Below, one piece after another: positions 16,608-25,333 of a DNA stretch of 56,320 nucleotides. The stretch spans positions 1 through 56,320 of the forward strand of contig CANIID010000002.1 of NCBI GenBank assembly GCA_947467315.1. The letters are read 5' to 3'. Below the pieces are notes generated by a model, which worked only from the letters and a program-made list of their open reading frames with translations, did not search any database and was not told the origin of the DNA. The stretch's first letter is position 1; every line of letters begins with the position of its first letter. A program made the position numbers and the translations under genes. Origin of the DNA: Betaproteobacteria bacterium (GTDB lineage Bacteria; Pseudomonadota; Gammaproteobacteria; Burkholderiales; SG8-41).

Positions 16608-17495
16608 ATGTCCACCAGCAGACCCATCGGCGTCATCGGCCTCGGCCTGATCGGCACGTCGCTCGCGCAACGGCTACTGCACGCCGGTTTTGAAGTCGCA
16701 GGCTTCGACATCGCTGTTGAGCGCCGCGACAACCTCGCACGGCTCGGCGGCATCGCATGCGCATCCGCACGTGAAGTCGGCGAACGCTGCAAGCAAATCG
16801 TGTTCGCGGTGTTCAACACCGATCAGGTCGAAGCCGTGCTCGAAGCCAGCGACGGCGCACACCTCGGCAGCGATCACACGGTGATCTGCACCAGCACCTG
16901 CGACCCGGATCGCATCGAAGCCCTCGCCGCACGCGTGGCAAAACGCGGCATACATTTTCTCGAAGCGCCACTCTCCGGCAACAGCGACCAGATCGCCAAA
17001 GGCAACGGCATCGCACTCATCGGCGGCGAGCGCGTCGTAATGGATTCCGCGCTGCCAGTGCTAAACGCGCTATGCAAGCAAAGCTACCACCTCGGCCCGG
17101 CCGGATCGGGCGGGCGGGCCAAACTCGCGGTCAACCTGATCGGCGGCCTGAACCGCGCGGTAATGGCCGAAGGCCTCGCCTTCGCCGAATCGATGGGCCT
17201 CGAACTCGTGCCGTTTCTCGAAGTGCTCAAAGGCTCCGCCGCCTACTCGCGCACCATGGACAATCGCGGCCTGAAAATGATTAACAGTGACTACGCGCCG
17301 CACGCGTGGCTGACGCAATCGCTGAAGGATTTCACGCTGATGCACGAAGTGGCGGCACGTGTGGGGCAGGAGCTACCGCTCGCCACGCTCTATACCGAAA
17401 TCGTTGAGAGTTGCATCGCGCACGGCGACGGCCAGTTGGATAACTCGGTGGTGATGCAGGAGATGCGACGGCGACGAAAGCAGCGCGGGAATTAA
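16608..17495 (+). CDS. NAD(P)-dependent oxidoreductase, 3-hydroxyisobutyrate/6-phosphogluconate dehydrogenase-like
   Basis: 295 aa. N-terminal IGVIGLGLIGTSLAQRLL dinucleotide fold, FLEAPLSG, AKLAVNL. SD GAGGAA upstream. Confidence 0.85.
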   Translation: MSTSRPIGVIGLGLIGTSLAQRLLHAGFEVAGFDIAVERRDNLARLGGIACASAREVGERCKQIVFAVFNTDQVEAVLEASDGAHLGSDHTVICTSTCDPDRIEALAARVAKRGIHFLEAPLSGNSDQIAKGNGIALIGGERVVMDSALPVLNALCKQSYHLGPAGSGGRAKLAVNLIGGLNRAVMAEGLAFAESMGLELVPFLEVLKGSAAYSRTMDNRGLKMINSDYAPHAWLTQSLKDFTLMHEVAARVGQELPLATLYTEIVESCIAHGDGQLDNSVVMQEMRRRRKQRGN

Positions 17496-17565
17496 TCCGT
17501 TGCAGCCTTGCCGCTATCTGACATGCAGCGGCGAATTAGAGTCCCTTGTTCAGAAATGGCAGCCG

Positions 17566-17973
17566 CTACTTCGCCCGCATTCGATTGTTCTTGGCGTTGT
17601 GCTCCAGCTCGCACAGGCCCAACGCTTCCATCAATGGCGGCACGTACACACCGAATCTGCCGCGCAGGCCTTTTTTCAATCCGTACCATCCGCCGACAGG
17701 GTTATTTGCAGAGCGGCCCCAAGCTTCGACGGTGCCGTCCTTGGCCGGTTTTTGTTCATCGGCGCCGCCGAGATCAACCCAGTCTTTAGCGGCAAGCAGC
17801 ATTTTGTGCAGATCGTCGATACAGCGCGCATCGTAGTGCAGCACGGTTTTACCTACGGTGCAGACGAGCACTTGCTTGCCGTCTTTTTCATCGACATGCA
17901 TGGTGTAGCCAGAAGTACCAGGCGGTGTCTTAAGTGCCCAGGGATTGTCTTTGGTGTGATCCAGCTTGGCCAT
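17566..17973 (-). CDS. Conserved hypothetical protein (135 aa)
   Basis: ATG at 17973 with a strong SD AAGGAGG 4 nt upstream; the track start at 17988 is a TTG inside the SD. Normal composition. Blocks PWALKTPPGTS, DEQKPAKDGTVEAWGR, NPVGGWYGLKKGLRGRFG and a C-terminal NNRMRAK look like a family I have seen annotated only as hypothetical. Confidence 0.7.
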   Translation of the reverse strand: MAKLDHTKDNPWALKTPPGTSGYTMHVDEKDGKQVLVCTVGKTVLHYDARCIDDLHKMLLAAKDWVDLGGADEQKPAKDGTVEAWGRSANNPVGGWYGLKKGLRGRFGVYVPPLMEALGLCELEHNAKNNRMRAK

Positions 17974-18254
17974 GCGGCCTCCTTTCAAGATTATGTGGGA
18001 TATGTCACGCTTACCTTATATCAGCGCGGCGAACACAAGGACGCTTACAGGGTTAGTAAGCCGAGATGCCGCTTAGTTCAAATGGGTGCGTCGGTCAAAG
18101 CGGTACTACGGCAACGCCCTATCCAAGCTACTCCATTGGATCGACCGATAGCGGTCAGCCGACAACATCGACTCAGGTCGGTCGCTTATAGTCACTCTTT
18201 CCGACCGCAGCCGGACAACGCGTGCCAGATCAACTCATACCGACTCTTCCGCAC

Positions 18255-19211
18255 CTAATCCGCCCGCAACCCCGTCGCCTTGACGATTTTGGAAAACCGC
18301 GCCATCTGCGTTCGAATATAAGCGTCCAGCTCCTGCGGCGTGCTGCCCACCAGCTCCAGGCCTTGTGCGGCGGCCTGGTCCCGATACTCCGGGTTCTTGG
18401 GCATTTTGGCGATTTCCGTACTCAACCGCTGCAATAGGGCCTGCGGCGTCTGCGCTGGTGCAAGCACGCCGTGCCAGGTGCCGATGTCGTAGCCCGGCAG
18501 TGTCTCGGCCAGCGTGGGCACTGCGGGCAAACGCGCGATGCGACGCAGCCCGCCAATGGCCAACACACGCACGCGGTTGCCGCTGATATGCGGCAGGATG
18601 GCCGGCAACGTGACAAAACTCATTTGCACTTCGCCCGACAATAGCGCGTTGAGATTTTCGGCGGTGCCTTTGTACGGCACGCGCACGATATTCACGCCCG
18701 CCATCAGCTTGAGCAACTCGGTGCCCAGATGCGCCGACGAGCCGTTGGTGCCTGATGCGTAGTTGAGCTTGCCGGGCTGCGCCTTGGCGAGATCGATCAA
18801 TTCCTTCACCGTTTTTACCGGTATCGAAGCATGCGTCATCAGCAGGCTGTGCGTCAGCGCCACCAAGCTTACTGCTGCAAAATCCTTGTTCGGGTCGAAC
18901 GGCAATTTCGCATGCAGGCTGGGTTGCACCGCGTGGCTGGTATTGGTCATCAGCAGCGTGTAGCCGTCGGGGCGCGCTTTGGCGGTCATTTCCGCGGCAA
19001 TAATGCCCCCACCACCGGGACGATTATCGATCACCACTGTCTGCCCCAGGCTATCGCCCAGTGCGCGCGCAACGCTGCGCGCCACCATGTCGGTGCTGCC
19101 GGATGCGGATGACACCACGATCATGCGGATAGGTTTATCGGGGTACTGCGCGGCGGCGTGACTGGCCGAGCACAGCACACCATAAAGGATCAGGATTAAA
19201 GCTCTACTCAT
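18255..19211 (-). CDS. Bug/TctC-family periplasmic solute-binding protein
   Basis: Trimmed to the ATG at 19211 (MSRALILILYGVLCSASHAAA). QYPDKPIRMIVVSSASGSTD, RVPYKGTAENLNA, STPQELDAYIRTQMARF. Confidence 0.85.
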   Translation of the reverse strand: MSRALILILYGVLCSASHAAAQYPDKPIRMIVVSSASGSTDMVARSVARALGDSLGQTVVIDNRPGGGGIIAAEMTAKARPDGYTLLMTNTSHAVQPSLHAKLPFDPNKDFAAVSLVALTHSLLMTHASIPVKTVKELIDLAKAQPGKLNYASGTNGSSAHLGTELLKLMAGVNIVRVPYKGTAENLNALLSGEVQMSFVTLPAILPHISGNRVRVLAIGGLRRIARLPAVPTLAETLPGYDIGTWHGVLAPAQTPQALLQRLSTEIAKMPKNPEYRDQAAAQGLELVGSTPQELDAYIRTQMARFSKIVKATGLRAD

Positions 19212-19316
19212 AGCGACACAATTCCTTTGATTTTGAGCCCCATTGTAACGGCACGTTGCTGCTAGAATCAAAACTCAATTGCACATTCACTTTCAACTTT
19301 TTCACTCACAACCACC

Positions 19317-20360
19317 ATGCTGATCCTCTCCAACGAAGACGCCGAATCGCTGCTGACCCTGTCGGATTGCATCACGGCGCTTGAACAAGCCTATACCGAA
19401 TATGCGCACGGTCGCGCCGCCAATGCGCCGCGCTCGGATGCGGTTTCCACCACGGCGCGTCCCGACGCGGTTTACTCCCTGAAGCTGATGGGCGCGGTAA
19501 TCCCCAGCCTTGACGTCAGCGTGGTGCGGCTGAACTCCGACATCATTTCCTTCGGCGAAAAGCGTCAGGTGAAATTGCCGCTGGCCCCGGGCAACCGCTA
19601 CACCGGGCTGGTGCTGCTGTTCAGCGTCAACACCGGCGAACCGCTGGCGATATTCCCGGATGGCGTGCTGCAATGCATGCGCGTGGGCGCCACCTCTGCG
19701 CTCGCCACCCGATACATGGCGCGCAAGAATCCGCGCACCGCCGCCGTCATCGGCGCAGGCTGGCAGGCGAGTGGCCATATCAAGGCCATCACCGCCCTGC
19801 ATGCACTGACGGAAATCCGTTGCTACAGCCCGACGCGCGACAAGCTGGTCGCCTTCTGCGGCGAGATGAGCAAGCTCACCGGCGTTGCGGTGGTTCCTGC
19901 CGCGTCACCCGAAGCTGCGGTCAAGGGCGCGGACATCGTGCTGTGTGCCACGAATGCCTCGCAGCACGTGTTTAAAGCGGAATGGCTGGAACCCGGCATG
20001 CATGTCTGCACCATCCGCGGCCCGGAGCTGGAGCCGGGCGTGGTGACGCAATCCGATCTGGTGGCCGTGAATGACCGCGTGGCGCACGAAAATTTCAGCG
20101 TCACCCAGGGGGTGACGCTGCCGAAAAACCGTCACAGCATCGCGGGGCTGGACCCGAAGACCACGCCCACGTTGGGCGATCTGATCGCAGGCTTGGCGCC
20201 TGGGCGTGTGTCCGATGAGCAGAAATCCTGCTTTGTGAATTTGCCGGGTATTGGTTTGCAGTTTGCGGCGGTCGGTGGGGCGCTTTATCAAAAGGCGCTG
20301 GCCGCAAAGTGCGGGCATGAATTGCCAACGGAGTGGTTTACCGAGGATGTGGTGCCGTGA
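19317..20360 (+). CDS. Ornithine cyclodeaminase / mu-crystallin family protein
   Basis: 347 aa. MLILSNEDAESLL...ALEQAY N-terminus, and a Rossmann segment AAVIGAGWQASGHIKA typical of the OCD/mu-crystallin family. Confidence 0.8.
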   Translation: MLILSNEDAESLLTLSDCITALEQAYTEYAHGRAANAPRSDAVSTTARPDAVYSLKLMGAVIPSLDVSVVRLNSDIISFGEKRQVKLPLAPGNRYTGLVLLFSVNTGEPLAIFPDGVLQCMRVGATSALATRYMARKNPRTAAVIGAGWQASGHIKAITALHALTEIRCYSPTRDKLVAFCGEMSKLTGVAVVPAASPEAAVKGADIVLCATNASQHVFKAEWLEPGMHVCTIRGPELEPGVVTQSDLVAVNDRVAHENFSVTQGVTLPKNRHSIAGLDPKTTPTLGDLIAGLAPGRVSDEQKSCFVNLPGIGLQFAAVGGALYQKALAAKCGHELPTEWFTEDVVP

Positions 20361-20383
20361 TCGTTACCACCCCGAATTGCATC

Positions 20384-20464
20384 CGTAGGATGGGTGAAAC
20401 CCATCACAAACGCACCAACGCTGCTACATGACGTGTATTTGTGATGGGTTTCACCCATCCTACG
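20384..20464. repeat. REP-like perfect 27-bp inverted repeat
   Basis: cgtaggatgggtgaaacccatcacaaa (20384-20410) is the exact reverse complement of 20438-20464, with a 27-nt spacer. Each arm holds an inner palindrome GATGGGTgaaACCCATC. Confidence 0.85.
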
Positions 20465-20561
20465 TAATCTTTTTCCGGGATTTCGATTTCTCGATTTCGA
20501 CACCTCCAGCGCACTAAATGATTTGTGCAAAAATGCACGCTCGACCATTGGAGAATAGCGA

Positions 20562-21404
20562 ATGAGTACCGATCACGATCGTAACAAAGACATCAGCGAA
20601 GACATGAGCGCCGAAGCGGTGATCGCGCGCGCCATCGCGCGGCGCGGCGAGATATTCGATGAGTTCAGGCTACTGGCGCAGGAATCGCCGCACACCTACG
20701 ATCTAATTTCCAAAACCGCCGGCTACATGCACCACTACGAAGGCGAGGAAGGTGCCGCGCAAAAACTATCCGGTACCATGCGTGAGTTGATCGCGCTGTG
20801 CCAGCTTTGCGCCAAGGGTGACGACCGCTTCGCCGCCAACCATGTGCGCCGGCTGTGGCAACGCGGCGTAACCAACAAGGTGATGGTCGAGGCCGCAACC
20901 TCGATTGCACCCATTGTCGGCTGGTCCACCATTGCGCATGTCACGCTGGCGATGTTGACTGCCAATGACCCGGCGTATCCCTTTGGCAAGCGCCCGCCCG
21001 AAGGCGCGCCGAAAACATTGACGCCATTCCCTGAACTGCACACGGGGCGCGAGAAAAAAACCGCCGTCGACGAAAGCCTGCTCAACACACCGGAGTGGCA
21101 ATACGTTGCCCGCCTGGAACCGGAACTCGCGCGCCGTGCGGCAAAGTGGGTCGATCACTGCCTGCTGCCCGACGGCGCCGTGAACGAGTTACTGGGCCCC
21201 GGCCCGCGCGAACTGATTGCCATCGCGGCGCTGTGCGCGCGCGGCGAGGTCGAATTTGCGGCTCAGCATATCCGCCGCGCCTATCAGTACGGCCTGACGC
21301 GCCTGCAGGTGCTCGAAGCGATCTCGTGTGTGCTGCCCATGACCGGCGCGCTCACCGTGCAGATCGGCGTGCGGGCGATGCAACTGGTGGATGCCGCGCC
21401 ATGA
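20562..21404 (+). CDS. Carboxymuconolactone decarboxylase (CMD/AhpD-like) family protein, two-domain
   Basis: 280 aa with two internal repeats (RELIALCQLCAKGDDRFAANHVRRLWQRG and RELIAIAALCARGEVEFAAQHIRRAYQYG), the helical CMD repeat. SD GGAGAA upstream. Confidence 0.7.
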   Translation: MSTDHDRNKDISEDMSAEAVIARAIARRGEIFDEFRLLAQESPHTYDLISKTAGYMHHYEGEEGAAQKLSGTMRELIALCQLCAKGDDRFAANHVRRLWQRGVTNKVMVEAATSIAPIVGWSTIAHVTLAMLTANDPAYPFGKRPPEGAPKTLTPFPELHTGREKKTAVDESLLNTPEWQYVARLEPELARRAAKWVDHCLLPDGAVNELLGPGPRELIAIAALCARGEVEFAAQHIRRAYQYGLTRLQVLEAISCVLPMTGALTVQIGVRAMQLVDAAP

Positions 21405-22366
21405 GGCACATCGCGGCTGCTGCTGCGGCTGCATTGGCGACAGCAGCAAATGTCGCCGGCGCCCAGCCTTATCCGGTGAAATCGATACTCGTCATCTCCC
21501 CGGTGCAGGCAGGCAGCGCGGGCGACACCACCTTGCGCATCGTCATGCAGAAGATGGCACAAAACATCGGCCAGCAGTTGCAGGTGGAAAACACCACCGG
21601 CGCCGCCGGCTTGATCGGCGCGCAGCGCCTCGCGCGCGCAGCACCCGACGGCTACACCATCGGTGGGGTCAGCGACAGCACGGTGACGTACGTGCCGCTA
21701 CTGCAAAAGCGCAGCGACTTCGATCCCCTGAGCGCGTTGGAGCCGATCAGCCTCATATCGTCGAGCACGTGGGTGCTAATCGTGCATCCGTCCGTGCCGG
21801 CTAGAAGCGTACGCGATTTCGTCACGCTGGCGAAAGACCCGAAGCGCAAACTGGATTACGCCTCGGCCGGCCTCGGCGGCTCGCATCACGTGGTAATGGA
21901 AATGTTCAATGCCGCCACAGGCATCAAGCTCAACCATGTGCCTTATCGCGGTGCGACGCAGGCCGCAGTGGATGTGCAAGCTGGCCATGTGCCGGTGATG
22001 TTCTCGGCGCTGGCGGTGGTGCTCGGGCCGATCAAGGCCGGACGGCTGCGCGCACTCGGTATCGCAAACGACAAGCGCACCAGCCTGCTGCCCGAAGTGC
22101 CCACCATCGCGGAATCCGGCGTACGCGATTTTGCGTTCTCGACCTGGACCGGCCTGCTTGCCCCGCGCGGCACGCCCCGCCCCATCATCGACCGTTTGCA
22201 AGCCGAAGCGGCAAAAGCGCTGAGCGACCCGTCCGTGCGCGAAAAACTTCAGGCGCTGGGCGGCAATCCGCAGGCAAGCACACCGGCGGAACTCGCCGCA
22301 ATGATACGCGGCACCACCGCAAAAATGCTCAAGGTCATTCTGGAAGCGAAGATCAGCATTGAATGA
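21401..22366 (+). CDS. Bug/TctC-family periplasmic solute-binding protein
   Basis: Track ORF 21095-22366 trimmed to the ATG at 21401, which overlaps the upstream TGA (ATGA). MRHIAAAAAAALATAANVAGA signal, QPYPVKSILVISPVQAGSAGD, HVPYRGATQAAVD, STPAELAAMIRGTTAKM. Confidence 0.85.
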   Translation: MRHIAAAAAAALATAANVAGAQPYPVKSILVISPVQAGSAGDTTLRIVMQKMAQNIGQQLQVENTTGAAGLIGAQRLARAAPDGYTIGGVSDSTVTYVPLLQKRSDFDPLSALEPISLISSSTWVLIVHPSVPARSVRDFVTLAKDPKRKLDYASAGLGGSHHVVMEMFNAATGIKLNHVPYRGATQAAVDVQAGHVPVMFSALAVVLGPIKAGRLRALGIANDKRTSLLPEVPTIAESGVRDFAFSTWTGLLAPRGTPRPIIDRLQAEAAKALSDPSVREKLQALGGNPQASTPAELAAMIRGTTAKMLKVILEAKISIE

Positions 22367-22394
22367 TCTTCGTGGCCTGCCCGAACAAACCGCC

Positions 22395-24818
22395 TTATTT
22401 TTTTAGCTTCGCAAACGCCAGCGCCATCGCGCTGGGCGCTTCCTGCGACGGACGTCCGCTATCACGCCCCGTATTACCGCGACCTTCATTGCCGCGCCCC
22501 GCGCCGCGATCATTGCGCGGCCCCGCTCCGGCCGTCGCCATCGCTCTGGGTTGCGCGCGTGATTCCGCCGTATCATCCAACCGCATCGTTAGGGCGATGC
22601 GTTGCCGCTTTACATCCACTTCCAGCACTTTGACTTTGACGATCTGGCCGGGCTTGACCACCTCGTGCGGGTCTTTCACAAACTTGTGCGCCAGCGCCGA
22701 AACATGCACCAGGCCGTCCTGATGCACACCGATATCGACAAACGCGCCGAACGCCGCCACGTTGGTGACCACACCTTCGAGAATCATGTCGGGGCGCAGG
22801 TCATTCAGTGACTCGACGCCCTCCTGAAAGGTGGCGGTTTTGAATTCAGGACGCGGATCGCGGCCGGGTTTTTCCAGCTCGGCAAGGATATCGCGCACCG
22901 TCGGCACGCCGAATTTTTCATCAACAAAATCAACAGCTTGCAATCCCTTTAGCGCTTCGGGATGGCCCATCACTTCGGTGATGCTTTTGCCGATACGCGC
23001 GAGTATGCGTTCGACCACCGGATAGGCTTCGGGATGCACAGACGAGCGATCCAGCGGATTGGCTTTTTTGTTGTCGCCCGCGTTATTGATGCGCAAAAAT
23101 CCCGCCGCCTGCTCAAAGGTTTTGTCGCCCAGGCGCGGCACTTTGCGCACGCCGGTGCGATTTACAAACGGTCCGTTGGCATCGCGATACTCGACGATGT
23201 TTTTCGCCAACACAGCGTTTAGGCCCGACACACGCGCCAGCAGCGGCGCGGACGCGGTGTTCAAATCCACACCCACCGCGTTGACGCAATCTTCTACCGT
23301 GGCATCGAGCGAGCGCGCGAGTGCGCGTTGATTTACATCGTGCTGATACTGGCCGACGCCAATCGCCTTGGGATCGATCTTCACCAGTTCCGCCAGCGGA
23401 TCCTGCAAGCGGCGCGCAATCGACACTGCGCCCCGCAGACTCACGTCCAGCTCGGGAAATTCCGCCGCTGCAAACGCCGACGCGGAGTACACCGAGGCCC
23501 CCGCTTCGCTCACCACGATTTTGCTGACCTTCTGCTCCGGCTTGTGCGTTGCCACCAGCTTGATTAACTCGATCGCCAGCTTATCGGTTTCGCGGCTGGC
23601 GGTGCCATTTCCGATGGAAATCAACTCCACGCCGTGCTGCACCACCAGGCGCGCCAGCACCGCCAGCGAGCCTTGCCAATCGTTACGCGGCTGATGCGGA
23701 TACACCGTGGCCGTCTCCAGCAACTTGCCGGTGGCGTCCACCACCGCCACTTTACACCCCGTGCGGATGCCCGGATCAAGACCCATCACGGCTTTCGGCC
23801 CGGCGGGCGCGGCCAACAACAACTCGTGCAGATTGCGGCCGAAAATTTTGATCGCCTCGGCTTCGGCGGCTTCGCGCAATTGCAGCATCAGTTCGCTGCT
23901 GATGTGCAACTGCGCCTTCACGCGCCAGGTCCAGCGGCACACGTCCGCCAGCCATTTGTCGGCGGAACGGCTGCGATCTTCAATGCCGAAATGCGCCGCG
24001 ACCATGCCCTCACACGGGTGCGGCACCAGCGCATCCAGCTCCGCGCCCAACCCCAGCGTGACGGACAACACGCCCAGTGCGCGGCCGCGAAACAGCGCCA
24101 GCGCGCGATGCGACGGTATGGTGCGAAAGGTTTCCGAGTAGGCGTAGTAATCGCGGAATTTTTCCTCCTCGGCCATTTCTTTGCCCGCAACAACCGTTGC
24201 CGTCAGGAATCCCTGCTCCTGCATGCGCGTGCGCAACTTGGCGAGCAGTTCGGCCGTCTCGGCAAAACGCTCGGCCAGAATGTCGCGTGCGCCTTCGAGC
24301 GCAGCTTTAACGTCGGGAATATTGATCGCCTCAACATCGCCAACTGCCGGTTTGACGATCAGGTATTTGGCGGCTTCGATCTGCGGGTCCAGTGTGGGAT
24401 CGGCCAACAACGCATCCGCCAGCGGCTCCAACCCGGCTTCGCGCGCGATCTGCGCTTTGGTGCGGCGCTTGGGTTTATACGGCAGATATAGGTCTTCCAG
24501 CACTTGCTTGGTGGCAGCGGATTCGATGGCGAGTTTCAGCGCATCGGTGAGCTTGCCCTGCTCCGCGATGGAACCCAATATCGCCGCGCGGCGGTCTTCG
24601 AGTTCGCGCAGATAGATGAGCCGCTCTTCGAGATTACGCAGATGCGTGTCGTCGAGATTCCCGGTCACTTCTTTGCGGTAGCGTGCGATAAACGGCACGG
24701 TCGCGCCTTCATCGAGCAGTGCCACGGCGGCAGCTACCTGGTTGGCACCTACAGCCAGCTCCTTGGCAATGAGTTGAACAATCTTGATTTGTGCGGCTTC
24801 GGATACAGTGGTGGGCAT
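22395..24818 (-). CDS. tex: Tex transcription accessory protein (S1 RNA-binding domain protein)
   Basis: Track ORF 22395-25157 trimmed to the ATG at 24818 ([23 protein letters not shown]...[12 protein letters not shown], the canonical Tex N-terminus). YqgF/HhH body and a C-terminal S1 domain ([26 protein letters not shown]), then an Arg/Gly-rich tail. Confidence 0.9.
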   Translation of the reverse strand: MPTTVSEAAQIKIVQLIAKELAVGANQVAAAVALLDEGATVPFIARYRKEVTGNLDDTHLRNLEERLIYLRELEDRRAAILGSIAEQGKLTDALKLAIESAATKQVLEDLYLPYKPKRRTKAQIAREAGLEPLADALLADPTLDPQIEAAKYLIVKPAVGDVEAINIPDVKAALEGARDILAERFAETAELLAKLRTRMQEQGFLTATVVAGKEMAEEEKFRDYYAYSETFRTIPSHRALALFRGRALGVLSVTLGLGAELDALVPHPCEGMVAAHFGIEDRSRSADKWLADVCRWTWRVKAQLHISSELMLQLREAAEAEAIKIFGRNLHELLLAAPAGPKAVMGLDPGIRTGCKVAVVDATGKLLETATVYPHQPRNDWQGSLAVLARLVVQHGVELISIGNGTASRETDKLAIELIKLVATHKPEQKVSKIVVSEAGASVYSASAFAAAEFPELDVSLRGAVSIARRLQDPLAELVKIDPKAIGVGQYQHDVNQRALARSLDATVEDCVNAVGVDLNTASAPLLARVSGLNAVLAKNIVEYRDANGPFVNRTGVRKVPRLGDKTFEQAAGFLRINNAGDNKKANPLDRSSVHPEAYPVVERILARIGKSITEVMGHPEALKGLQAVDFVDEKFGVPTVRDILAELEKPGRDPRPEFKTATFQEGVESLNDLRPDMILEGVVTNVAAFGAFVDIGVHQDGLVHVSALAHKFVKDPHEVVKPGQIVKVKVLEVDVKRQRIALTMRLDDTAESRAQPRAMATAGAGPRNDRGAGRGNEGRGNTGRDSGRPSQEAPSAMALAFAKLKK

Positions 24819-24884
24819 TGAGTGTTTCTGAGAAATATGGATTAAGAGGTCTATCGCGGCGTTACCGGAATATCGCTCCTTCCT

Positions 24885-24962
24885 CCGCGTGCGGGGGAAG
24901 GCTGGGATGGGGGCAAGTGCATAGCGCCGCGATTGCCCCCTCCCCAACCCTCCCCCGCGCAA
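24885..24962. repeat. G/C-rich REP-like inverted repeat (family shared with 29794-29876)
   Basis: ccgcgtgcgggggaaggctgggatgggggcaa pairs imperfectly with ttgccccctccccaaccctcccccgcgc. Shares the core GGGGGAAGG(C/T)TGGGATGGGGG with the 29.8-kb element. Lies in the divergent tex/ykgJ-like spacer. Confidence 0.6.
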
Positions 24963-25037
24963 ACAACACGCGCAAGGGAGGGAGTTAATTTCGCAAGCGC
25001 GGCATTTTGCCACAGTTTCATCGCGTAAAATCCACAT

Positions 25038-25325
25038 ATGCCCGCCGCCATTCATTGCAACACCTGCCGTGCCAACTGCTGCAAACTCGAAGTCATCCTC
25101 ATGGGCGACGATGATGTTCCCGCCCATTACACGCAAACCGATCGCTGGGGCGGGCAAGTGATGGCACGCCTGGATGACGGCTGGTGCGCCGCGCTCGACC
25201 GCGATACGATGCTGTGCCGCATTTACGAACGCCGCCCCGGCGTGTGCCGCGACTATGAAATGGGCGGCGGAGATTGTCTTATCGAACGACGCTCTCTTAC
25301 GCCCTCACTAACCCCCACTCTCTGA
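25038..25325 (+). CDS. YkgJ-family (UPF0153) cysteine-cluster protein
   Basis: 95 aa. N-terminal CNTCRANCC (CxxCxxxCC) and later WCAAL...[14 protein letters not shown], the pattern of YkgJ-type Fe/Zn cluster proteins. Confidence 0.65.
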   Translation: MPAAIHCNTCRANCCKLEVILMGDDDVPAHYTQTDRWGGQVMARLDDGWCAALDRDTMLCRIYERRPGVCRDYEMGGGDCLIERRSLTPSLTPTL

Positions 25326-25333
25326 CCCTACTC

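Noticed and set aside
22395-22560. The Arg/Gly-rich C-terminal tail of Tex (...[30 protein letters not shown]...) as a separate small gene or a frameshift artefact.
   Set aside because: It is continuous in frame with the S1 domain and ends in a normal stop. Low-complexity basic tails on RNA-binding proteins are common, and nothing indicates a separate start.
24819-25157. 113-codon N-terminal extension of the tex ORF (track start at 25157).
   Set aside because: The canonical Tex N-terminus ([12 protein letters not shown]...[10 protein letters not shown]) begins at the ATG at 24818. The extension runs through the REP-like element and the divergent ykgJ-like gene start.
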